From positions 1,152,001 to 1,216,000 of the forward strand of contig OZ220732.1 in assembly GCA_965116905.1 (NCBI GenBank): a DNA stretch of 64,000 nucleotides. The letters are read 5' to 3'. Below are positions 18,873-27,201 of the stretch, piece after piece. The position numbers and the translations under genes are program-made. The DNA is from Longimicrobiales bacterium. Its GTDB lineage: Bacteria > Gemmatimonadota > Gemmatimonadetes > Longimicrobiales > Gaopeijiaceae. The notes under the pieces are model-generated. The model was given only the letters and a program-made list of their open reading frames with translations, had not been told where the DNA came from and ran no database searches. Each line of letters opens with the position of its first letter. Position 1 is the first letter of the stretch.

Positions 18873-21800
18873 ATGAGACGAAGCTTCCGTTCGAACCGAA
18901 CTGGCCCACGATTGTGGCGACTCGCCTTCGTGGGCGCGGCCGGTTGCATGGCCTTGGCGCTCGCCATCGCCCCGCTGGCCGCTCAAAACACCATCACTGG
19001 CGCGGTCGTGGACGGCACGACCAGTCGGCCGCTTGTCGGTGCCCAGGTACTGATCGACGGGACCGAGATCGGCAGCCTCACCGACAACAGGGGAAGGTTC
19101 CTCATCCTCAACGCACCCTCGGCGTCGGTCACCTTGCGTGTCATCATGATCGGCTACCGCGAGGCCACGGCCACGGCCAACGCCGACCAGGCCGTCACCA
19201 TCGAGATGCAGGAGTCGGCCATCTCCCTGGACGAGATCGTTGTCACCGGCACGGTGGGAGAGCAGCAGGCCCGATCCATCGGGAACGCCATCGGGCGCGT
19301 CGACGCGTCGCTGCTTCAGGAAAGGGCTCCGGTGGCGGAGGTGCAGTCACTCCTTTCGGCGACCGTCCCGGGTGTGCGAATCATGAACACGGGCGGCGCC
19401 ATAGGAGAGGGCGGGGTCACACGCATTCGAGGAGTCGCCTCCCTGACGCTGGCCGCGACACCCATCGTCGTGGTGGACGGCATTCGCGTGAACGGCGACG
19501 ACGGCGACTCGGGCCTGCTTTGCGGTGTGGGTGCCGACTGCGGTGACTCGCCGTCCCGGATCAACGACTTCGACCCCGACGAGATCGAGAGCATCGAGGT
19601 GATCAAGGGACCCGCCGCCGCCACCCTGTACGGGACGGAAGCGTCGAACGGCGTGATCCAGATCATCACCAAACGGGGAGCACGTGGTGCGCCCCAGGTG
19701 ACCGCCCGCATGCGGCAGGGCGCGTCCTGGATGCCCAACCCGATCGACCTGGTGCCGCCCACCTACTACAGGAGCTCCTCGGGCGAGATCGTCGAGGTCA
19801 ACGTTCTCCAGCACGACAAGGAAAACACCTTTGGTCTGCTGGACTGCGACCCCAGTATCTATACCGGGTGTCAGGCGAACGGTGGCCGCGACTGGTTCCG
19901 GACCGGCCACAACCAGTCGTACGGAGCGGACGTGAGCGGGGGCACCGAGACCGTGACCTACTACGTGAGCGGCGAGTTCGATCGGCAGGAAGGGCCGGTG
20001 CCCTACAACTGGCAGAACTCCCTGCGCGGCAGGGCGAATCTGACCTACGCTCCCAGCGAGGCACTGAGATTCGACTTCAGCCTCGGGGCCAACCGCTCCA
20101 AGCTGGAGTCCGCCTCGGCGCAGCAGCCGCTGTTGACGGCGGTGATCTGGTCCTGCCCGGCTCCCGGTTGTGAGCCCGGAAGCGGTACGCCGCAGGCGCT
20201 GGACGGACCCTCCCGGGGCTACATCGCCTATCTGCCCGAGGCGTACGAGGATGAAATCGAAGGGATCACCGATGTCGACAGAACGACCTACAGCCTTCAG
20301 GCGCAATGGCGGCCAAGCGAGTGGATGAACCACCGCCTGGTGTTCGGCGGCGACTTCGGCAATCGCACGAACTCCGAGCTGTATCTGGCCACCGGCAACC
20401 TCGGCAACTTCTTCAATACGGGCCAGAAGACGATCGTCAACGAGCGAACCTCGTACGTTTCGGCCGACTATCAGGTCAGCAGCCAGTGGTCGCCGATGGA
20501 CAACGTGACGTTCAACACGGGCGGGGGCGTTCAGTACTATCAGAAGAAGTCCGAGATACTCTGGGGCCGGGGCACGACGTTCCCGGTGAAGTCGCTGGAG
20601 ACGATCCCGTCAGGCTCGACGCGGAGTGCGAACGAGGACTACCGCGAGAACAAGACGTTCGGAGTCTTCCTCCAGGAGCAGATCGGCCTGGGAGACAAGC
20701 TGTTCGTTACCGGGGCCGTTCGGGGTGACGACAACTCCGCTTTCGGTGAGAACTTCGACTTCGTGGTATATCCCAAGCTGTCCGGTTCGTATGTGATCAG
20801 CGACGAGGACTTTTTCGCCGAGAGTGTCGGCTTCGTGCAGCAGCTCAAGCTGCGGGCCGCCTGGGGGAAAGCGGGCCGCCAGCCCGATGTCTTTGACGCG
20901 CTGAGGACGTATGAGCCCTCGGTGGGCCCGGGTGGAGCCTCCACGGTTACGCCGGAGAATATCGGCAACGCGGATCTGAAGCCGGAGGTGGGTACGGAAG
21001 TGGAGATCGGCTTCGACGCGAGCGTCCTTGACGACCGCGTGGGGCTGGAGTTCACCTGGTACGACCAGACGACCAGCGATGCGATCGTCTCCGTCCCGGC
21101 GCTGCCCTCCAACGGTTTCCCCGGAGTGCAGTTCCAGAACATCGGCGAGGTCAGGAACACCGGCATCGAAGCCGGCATCAACGCCAACGTCTTCAACTCC
21201 GACAACCTCAGCGTCGACATTGGCGGCACCTTCTCTACGACAGAGAACGAGATATCGGACCTTGGCGGGCAGCCCGCGATCATCCAGTGGACTTCGGGCG
21301 GCCAGTACCATGTCCAGGGCCAACCGCTCGCCGGCATCTACCACAAGCGTGTGGTCAGCGCGACGATCGAGGACGGCAGCGCCACCAACGTGATGTGCGA
21401 AGGTGGGGAAGTGCTTCCCAGCGCCGAGACGCAGAATCTCTCGCTGGGCGGCGGTGCTCCGGTGCCCTGTGCGAATGCTCCTAGCGTCTATTGGGGACAA
21501 CCGGTTCCCGACAAGGAGGGCAGTGCCTACGCCAGCATCTCGATCGGTCGCAACCTCCAGCTGTATGGACTGGTCGACTATGTTGGCGGACGTACGCTGA
21601 TCAGCGGCGACATCGCCGCGCAGCACCGCTTCTTCATCAACTCGAGAGCCATCCTGGAGCGTACCGATCCCATCCTCCTCGGCTACGAGTCGCTTGGAGG
21701 GATCGGGCTCTGGCAACCGGGGATCATCAGCGGGGACTTCGCGAAGCTGCGTACGGTCTCCGCCAGCTACACGCTGCCAGGCGAATGGGCGAGCCGTCTC

Positions 21801-22004
21801 AACGCGTCGCGGGTAAACCTCAATGTTGCCGTGAACAACCTGTTGACCCTCTGGGTGGGCGACGCCGAGAGATTCGGTGTGAGACAGATGGACCCCGAAG
21901 TAGCGAACCAGCTCGGCGGTTCCACGGCTGGACTCAGCGCCTACAATCAGGAAGGCTGGCCCCAGCTCAGGACCTTCACGACGACCCTCAGGATCACATT
22001 CTGA
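18873..22004 (+). CDS. SusC/RagA-like TonB-dependent transporter, paralogue of 14276-17404
   Basis: AAGGAGG RBS; same plug signature; identical blocks such as AQHRFFINSRAILERTDPILLGYE; ends LRITF. Confidence 0.94.
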   Translation: MRRSFRSNRTGPRLWRLAFVGAAGCMALALAIAPLAAQNTITGAVVDGTTSRPLVGAQVLIDGTEIGSLTDNRGRFLILNAPSASVTLRVIMIGYREATATANADQAVTIEMQESAISLDEIVVTGTVGEQQARSIGNAIGRVDASLLQERAPVAEVQSLLSATVPGVRIMNTGGAIGEGGVTRIRGVASLTLAATPIVVVDGIRVNGDDGDSGLLCGVGADCGDSPSRINDFDPDEIESIEVIKGPAAATLYGTEASNGVIQIITKRGARGAPQVTARMRQGASWMPNPIDLVPPTYYRSSSGEIVEVNVLQHDKENTFGLLDCDPSIYTGCQANGGRDWFRTGHNQSYGADVSGGTETVTYYVSGEFDRQEGPVPYNWQNSLRGRANLTYAPSEALRFDFSLGANRSKLESASAQQPLLTAVIWSCPAPGCEPGSGTPQALDGPSRGYIAYLPEAYEDEIEGITDVDRTTYSLQAQWRPSEWMNHRLVFGGDFGNRTNSELYLATGNLGNFFNTGQKTIVNERTSYVSADYQVSSQWSPMDNVTFNTGGGVQYYQKKSEILWGRGTTFPVKSLETIPSGSTRSANEDYRENKTFGVFLQEQIGLGDKLFVTGAVRGDDNSAFGENFDFVVYPKLSGSYVISDEDFFAESVGFVQQLKLRAAWGKAGRQPDVFDALRTYEPSVGPGGASTVTPENIGNADLKPEVGTEVEIGFDASVLDDRVGLEFTWYDQTTSDAIVSVPALPSNGFPGVQFQNIGEVRNTGIEAGINANVFNSDNLSVDIGGTFSTTENEISDLGGQPAIIQWTSGGQYHVQGQPLAGIYHKRVVSATIEDGSATNVMCEGGEVLPSAETQNLSLGGGAPVPCANAPSVYWGQPVPDKEGSAYASISIGRNLQLYGLVDYVGGRTLISGDIAAQHRFFINSRAILERTDPILLGYESLGGIGLWQPGIISGDFAKLRTVSASYTLPGEWASRLNASRVNLNVAVNNLLTLWVGDAERFGVRQMDPEVANQLGGSTAGLSAYNQEGWPQLRTFTTTLRITF

Positions 22005-22048
22005 TGTGGGCCCTGACCGAAGTACACGACCAGATCGGGAGCGGTTCC

Positions 22049-23410
22049 ATGACTACAAGAATCAGAAACGCCGGGCGGCGGGCCGCGATCGGCCTTCTGA
22101 TGCCGGCCATTTTGTCGACTGCGGGATGCGACCTGGACGCGATCCTGGAGGTGGATATCCCGGGCAAAGTGGACGCGAATTCGCTGAGTGACCCTGCGCT
22201 CGCAACCGTCCTTGTGAACTCGGTGATCGGAGATGCCGAGTGCGCCTGGAGCAACTTCGCCGCCGCGGCATCGCACCACTCGGACGAGTGGATTCCGACA
22301 TCGGGGAATCTCAACATGCGGGAGTGGGGACAGCGCAAGATGAGCTTGCAGTCGTCATCCGGAAGCCAGCTGGCGCAAGGCTCCTGCGCAAGCAACTACG
22401 GCATCTACACGCCGCTTCAGACCGCCAGGTTCCAGAACGAGGACGTCTTCTCCAAGCTGGCCGAATTCGATGCCGGGGACGTGCCGGACAAGGCCCGGAT
22501 GCAGGGGACCGTACGCTTGTATGGAGGCTGGTCTCTGCTCGCGCTGGGTGAGGGCTTCTGCTCGATGGCGCTCGACGGTGGCGCGGAAATGCAGCCCGAC
22601 CAGGTGTTTGCCGAGGCGGTGCAGAAGTTTACCGAGGCGATCAGCGGTGCCGGAGACCCCACAATGGTTGCTGCGGCGTACGCCGGCCGGGCCCGCGCCA
22701 AGCTGGACATGGGAGATTGGTCCGGTGCGATTTCCGACGCGCAGCAGGTTCCGGAAGGCTTCAAGTTCGCGGCCGACCGTGCGGCGGACAACGACAGGCG
22801 AATGAACCAGTTGCAACGTCGGCTCAACGACACCAACGACGGGGTCAGCAAGCACGGATCCGTCGCGAACCACTTCAGGGATCTGACGGTGAGCGACGCC
22901 GGCGATCTGACGCAGAACGACGGGATGCCGGATCCGAGGGTTCCGGTACGGACGATCGGCAACCAGGCCTTCGACTTCTCCACGATCCACTACTTCACGG
23001 ACAAGTACACGTCGCGCGCCGATCCGGCGCCGATGGCGTCATGGGAAGCGGCTCAGTTGATTATCGCCGAGGCGTCGGCCCAGATGGGCGATGTGGCGAT
23101 GGCCGTCGGCGTGATCAACACGCTGCGGGCGAAGGCTGGGTTGCCCGAGTGGGCGGGCGGAGCATCGGCGTCGCAGGCGGACGTCATCGCCGCGGTGCTG
23201 GCGGAGCGTTCGCGCGAGCTCTTCGTGGAGCAGGCATGGCGCTTCAACGACATGTTGCAATACCGTGGCTCGGCCCAGCAGATTCCGTTCCTGGGCGAGC
23301 CGGGCTCGATTCACCCGAACGGACTGGATCAGACGGGTGCCGAGTACGGTACCGTGACGTGTTGGGAACTGCCCCTGGTGGAGACCAACGGCAACGAAAA
23401 CATCGGCTGA
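22049..23410 (+). CDS. SusD/RagB-like lipoprotein, paralogue of 17417-18757
   Basis: GGGAG RBS; lipobox TAGC; shared HHSDE and GEPGSIHPNGLDQTGAEYG. An in-frame ATG also exists at 22004. Confidence 0.9.
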   Translation: MTTRIRNAGRRAAIGLLMPAILSTAGCDLDAILEVDIPGKVDANSLSDPALATVLVNSVIGDAECAWSNFAAAASHHSDEWIPTSGNLNMREWGQRKMSLQSSSGSQLAQGSCASNYGIYTPLQTARFQNEDVFSKLAEFDAGDVPDKARMQGTVRLYGGWSLLALGEGFCSMALDGGAEMQPDQVFAEAVQKFTEAISGAGDPTMVAAAYAGRARAKLDMGDWSGAISDAQQVPEGFKFAADRAADNDRRMNQLQRRLNDTNDGVSKHGSVANHFRDLTVSDAGDLTQNDGMPDPRVPVRTIGNQAFDFSTIHYFTDKYTSRADPAPMASWEAAQLIIAEASAQMGDVAMAVGVINTLRAKAGLPEWAGGASASQADVIAAVLAERSRELFVEQAWRFNDMLQYRGSAQQIPFLGEPGSIHPNGLDQTGAEYGTVTCWELPLVETNGNENIG

Positions 23411-23425
23411 CCACAGGCACCACAG

Positions 23426-23460
23426 GCGGGGGCGGGTCCGGCAGCCGGGCCCGCCCCCGC
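23426..23460. terminator. Hairpin between convergent genes
   Basis: GCGGGGGCGGGTCCGGC / GCCGGGCCCGCCCCCGC inverted repeat with one G-U pair. Confidence 0.6.
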
Positions 23461-23466
23461 GCCGTT

Positions 23467-24210
23467 CTACTTGCCCCCGCCGCCTCGCCGCGTCGTGATC
23501 AGCACGACGCCGTCGGCCGCGTCGGGTCCGTACTCGGCGCCCGCGGCCGGGCCCTTGAGCACCTCGATGCGCGCGATCGTTCCGGGATCGATGAGTTCGA
23601 GGGCGCCCATGCCGCCGCCGTACCCGAGCGGTTCCACGCGAACGCCGTCGATGAATACGACGGGGTGCCGGTTGAAGGTGAAGCTCTTGGCGCCGCGCAC
23701 CCGCAGATAGTATCCCGTTCCGACCGCTCCACTGGTCCGAACCAGAGTCACGCCCGTAACCCCGTCCAGCACGTCGCGGACGCCCCGGCCGCCTTCGAGT
23801 TCTTCGCGCCGGATCGTCGCGTCCGGTATTTCTACCGACTGCATCGCACGGGCGACGATTTCGCGCAGGACAAAGGCGGGAGCCATCATCTCGAAGTCGC
23901 GAAGCAGCAGGGTGGAGCCCTCCACGGTCAGGCGCTCCGCGAGCCCGACATGGTCAGGATGGGTTATGCGGATCACGGACACGCCCACGGGGACCGAGAG
24001 CAGCGAATAGCTCCCGTCTTCGCCGGTCCGGTTGACCACGCTCGTGCCCACGATCCGCACGACCGCGCCTTCGACCGGCTCCCCCGTCATGGCGGAGCGC
24101 ACGACGCCCCGCAGCGTGGCACCAACCTGGCCGGAAAGCGGCGTAGCGGCCGCCAGGAACAGCAACGCACCCGGCAACAGGATCGCGGTCTCGCGCAGGC
24201 GCACCCGCAT
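23467..24210 (-). CDS. Secreted carboxypeptidase-regulatory-like plus SusC-type plug protein, no barrel
   Basis: Signal peptide from MRVRLRE; IDPGTIARIEVLKGPAAGAEYGPDAADGVVLITTRRG, then stop. Alternative start 24288. Confidence 0.8.
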   Translation of the reverse strand: MRVRLRETAILLPGALLFLAAATPLSGQVGATLRGVVRSAMTGEPVEGAVVRIVGTSVVNRTGEDGSYSLLSVPVGVSVIRITHPDHVGLAERLTVEGSTLLLRDFEMMAPAFVLREIVARAMQSVEIPDATIRREELEGGRGVRDVLDGVTGVTLVRTSGAVGTGYYLRVRGAKSFTFNRHPVVFIDGVRVEPLGYGGGMGALELIDPGTIARIEVLKGPAAGAEYGPDAADGVVLITTRRGGGGK

Positions 24211-24324
24211 GGGACGGCACCCGGTCCTCGCTGACCGGCGCACAGCGCTCCGCGACACCGGCCTCTTCCACAAGATCAAGTCCTTCATATCGAACCCTAC
24301 GCTCGCCTTGAGAAGCGAGTTACA

Positions 24325-25497
24325 TTAATCCCGCCGCGCTCGGCGTCCAATCAGCTCCCGAGCCTTCTCCTGCACATCCGCGATCGGGAGCACCGAAATC
24401 CGCTCGTCCAGGCTGTAGGCCTCCTTGCCCGGGTACACGATCCACAGGTGGTCCAGCCTCAGGTCACGAAGCGCCACGCGCATGGACCGGCTCGGACCGG
24501 GTGCGTCCGCGAACTTGCACTCGAAACCGTAGCGTGCGCCCCGATGAAGTACAAGGAGGTCCAGTTCCGCACCGCCGTGTGTCCCCCAGAAATAGGCGTC
24601 CTGCACGTCGAAAGCCACCAGGAGCTGCTCGATTGCGAACCCTTCGAACGATGCGCCGACCTTGGGATGGCCCGCCACCTCATCCTCGTCGTCGAGACCC
24701 AGGAGCGTGTGCAGAACGCCCGTATCGCGGATATAGGTCTTGGGCGACTTGACCTGGCGCTTCCGGATGTTCTCGAACCAGGGCGGCAACACCCGAACCA
24801 TGAACGCCCCGGCAAGGATGTCCAGGTAATTCCGGGCGGTGCCTTCGCTGGTGCCGAGCGAGCGGGCGAACTCCGCGGCGTTCCACGTCTGGCCGTGGTA
24901 GTGGGCGATCATGGTCCAGAAGCGCCGCAGCCGCTCCGCCGGGATGGTGATGCCCAGCTGCGGCAAATCGCGTTCCAGGAAGGTGCGAACGAAGTTTCTC
25001 CTCCAGATCGCCGAACCCTCGGGGCTCGTGAGGTAGGAGCGCGGGAAGCCGCCCCGCAGCCACAGCTTTCGCCACCGTGCCGGGGCTACCTCGCCGAGAT
25101 CGAACCCGCCCAGATCGACGAGTCCGACGCGGCCCGCCAGAGACTCCGACACACCCCTGACCAGTGTGGGCGACGCGCTGCCTAGCAGAAGGAAATGCGC
25201 GGCATTGTCGGGTCTGTCCACCAGGACACGCAACGTCTCGAAGAGCCCTGGAGACCGCTGTACTTCGTCGATGACCACAAGCCCCTCGAGTCGGCCTAGC
25301 GTGTGCTCCGGAGTGGACAGGCGGCGGCGGCTCGACGCCTCCTCAAGGTCGAAGTATGTGCTTTGGCCCGCGCGGGCAGAGATTTCCCGGGCCAGCGTCG
25401 TCTTGCCGCACTGGCGTGGTCCGGTCAGCGCTGCCACCGGATGCACGGAAAACGCCCGTCGGATTCGCTCGATGGGGATTGGGCGGTCGATCAGCAT
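24325..25497 (-). CDS. AAA_14 ATPase with DUF4143 domain
   Basis: Walker A GPRQCGKTT, Walker B VVIDEVQ, LLGS, RGGFP, KSPKTYIRDTG, ELDL...FECK nuclease-like end. Confidence 0.9.
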   Translation of the reverse strand: MLIDRPIPIERIRRAFSVHPVAALTGPRQCGKTTLAREISARAGQSTYFDLEEASSRRRLSTPEHTLGRLEGLVVIDEVQRSPGLFETLRVLVDRPDNAAHFLLLGSASPTLVRGVSESLAGRVGLVDLGGFDLGEVAPARWRKLWLRGGFPRSYLTSPEGSAIWRRNFVRTFLERDLPQLGITIPAERLRRFWTMIAHYHGQTWNAAEFARSLGTSEGTARNYLDILAGAFMVRVLPPWFENIRKRQVKSPKTYIRDTGVLHTLLGLDDEDEVAGHPKVGASFEGFAIEQLLVAFDVQDAYFWGTHGGAELDLLVLHRGARYGFECKFADAPGPSRSMRVALRDLRLDHLWIVYPGKEAYSLDERISVLPIADVQEKARELIGRRARRD

Positions 25498-25502
25498 TCA
25501 CA

Positions 25503-25544
25503 ACAATAATCCGTGAAAATCCGCAAGTCAACTGCGGTTTTTCA
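25503..25544 (-). promoter_or_regulatory. Sigma70-like promoter (TTGACT-N17-TATTGT) with overlapping 12-bp inverted repeat; probably leaderless
   Basis: -35 at 25531-25526, -10 at 25508-25503, ATG 5 nt further; arms 25514-25525 and 25533-25544 with 1 mismatch. Confidence 0.6.
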
Positions 25545-25565
25545 TGAAAGACTGCGTCCGCTACA

Positions 25566-27140
25566 TTACGATCCCGCGCGTTCGAACACGATGTCGGTCC
25601 CGTTCGGCTCGAAGGGGATCGCCACGGCTCCCACCACGCCGTCCGCGTTCGTCGTAAAGGTCACCAGGCCCGTCACCGGCACGATATTGGGCGGCGACGT
25701 GATCCGGAAAATGTCGTAATGGAAGTGCTCGAGGTCGAGCTGGAAATCCTCGTAGGCGATCACCAGTCCGCCGCCCTGCACCTGTATTGCAATCCCGCCG
25801 TACCCGGCGTGCTCGTAGGTGCCCGCGTAGTCGGCCAGGGCATGGCCGGGCTGCGTTCCGGCAACGCGCTTTGCCTCCTGCTCGCGTCTCGTCTTTTCGG
25901 CGCGCGCGCGCTGTTCATCGCGCAGTTCGAGGTTGCGCGCGTTCCAATCCACCGGCTCGAGCCCAAGGAGGCGGTCGTACACGTTGTAGGCGATCATGAC
26001 CGGCACCGGGTTCATGTCCCCGGAACGGTTGGTGAGCACCATGACGCCGATCCTCTCGCGGGGCAGCCACGACATCGACGATATGAAGCCGTCGATGCCG
26101 CCGCCGTGGGCCACCATCTTGTGGCCTCGGTAGCTGCTGACGCGCAACCCCAGACCGTAGCTGGCCTGACCCAGTTCCGTGAACTCGGACTCGCCGGGCA
26201 TGGCGAACTGCGGCTGCTGCATGCTTGCCGAGGTCTCTTCGGACAACAGACGGTGTCCGTCGAAGACGCCGCCGTCGATGTGGGCCTGAATGTAGGCGAG
26301 CATCTCGGTCACGTTCGAGTTGACGGAGCCCGCCGGCCCGACCGCGTCGATGTTGCGGAAGGGGACGCGCGTCAGCGTTCCGTCCCTCAGCAGGTAGGGA
26401 ACCGCGTAGTCGCCCGACGCCGGCGTGTCGCGCACCGAGGTGTTCGAACGCTCCATGCCCAGCGGCGCAAAGATCCGCTGCTCGATCAGGTCGTCCCAGC
26501 CTTCGCCCGTGATCTTTTCCGTGAGGTAGCCGGCCGTCATGAACATGAGATTCTGGTACTGGTACCGGCTTCGGAACGAAGCATTGGGCTCGAGGTACCG
26601 GAGCTTCGCGAAGATCTCCGCACGGCTGCCCGTCCGGCCGTACCACACGTTGTCGTGGCGCGGGAGCCCGGATTGGTGGGTGACGAGGTCCCGGGGGGTC
26701 ATTTCTGCGGTGGCGAACTCGTCGTGGAGCCGGAAGTCGGGCAGGTAGTCGCGCACGGGCCGGTCCCACTCGAGCATTTGCTGGTCCACCAGCATGCCCA
26801 TCAGCGTCACGGTGAACGACTTGCTGTTGGACCCGATGGCCATGGTTGTGTGCTCGGTGACCGGAAGCTCCGCCTCGATGTCCCGATAGCCGAATCCCCT
26901 GGCCAGGAGGACCTCGCCGTCGCGGATCACGCCCACCGCCACACCCGGGATCTGCCAATCCTCCATCACGCCCGTCACGAACGCCTCGAATCCGGCGAAG
27001 GGGGCGTCCTGGGCCTTCAGCGCGACCGGCGCACAGGCCGTGGCCAGCGCATAGGCCGCGGCCGGCACCGCCAACAGCATCGCTACATGCCGGAACCAGC
27101 CTCCGCGCCGATGGATTCTCAGCTTGCTGTGGCCGGACAT
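25566..27140 (-). CDS. Serine hydrolase, beta-lactamase/S12 fold with DUF3471-like C-terminus
   Basis: SxxK (SNSK), YxN (YQN), HGG; GAGGAGG RBS upstream; signal peptide. Confidence 0.88.
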   Translation of the reverse strand: MSGHSKLRIHRRGGWFRHVAMLLAVPAAAYALATACAPVALKAQDAPFAGFEAFVTGVMEDWQIPGVAVGVIRDGEVLLARGFGYRDIEAELPVTEHTTMAIGSNSKSFTVTLMGMLVDQQMLEWDRPVRDYLPDFRLHDEFATAEMTPRDLVTHQSGLPRHDNVWYGRTGSRAEIFAKLRYLEPNASFRSRYQYQNLMFMTAGYLTEKITGEGWDDLIEQRIFAPLGMERSNTSVRDTPASGDYAVPYLLRDGTLTRVPFRNIDAVGPAGSVNSNVTEMLAYIQAHIDGGVFDGHRLLSEETSASMQQPQFAMPGESEFTELGQASYGLGLRVSSYRGHKMVAHGGGIDGFISSMSWLPRERIGVMVLTNRSGDMNPVPVMIAYNVYDRLLGLEPVDWNARNLELRDEQRARAEKTRREQEAKRVAGTQPGHALADYAGTYEHAGYGGIAIQVQGGGLVIAYEDFQLDLEHFHYDIFRITSPPNIVPVTGLVTFTTNADGVVGAVAIPFEPNGTDIVFERAGS

Positions 27141-27201
27141 GCACACCTCCTCGTGCGTTCGTTCGCGTACAGGTGAATCTACTGCCCGCTGCCCCTTCCC
27201 G

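Noticed and set aside
23467..24210. Truncated susC pseudogene
   Set aside because: Clean stop at the plug boundary followed by a hairpin, no barrel remnant, and two other proteins of similar architecture in the window.
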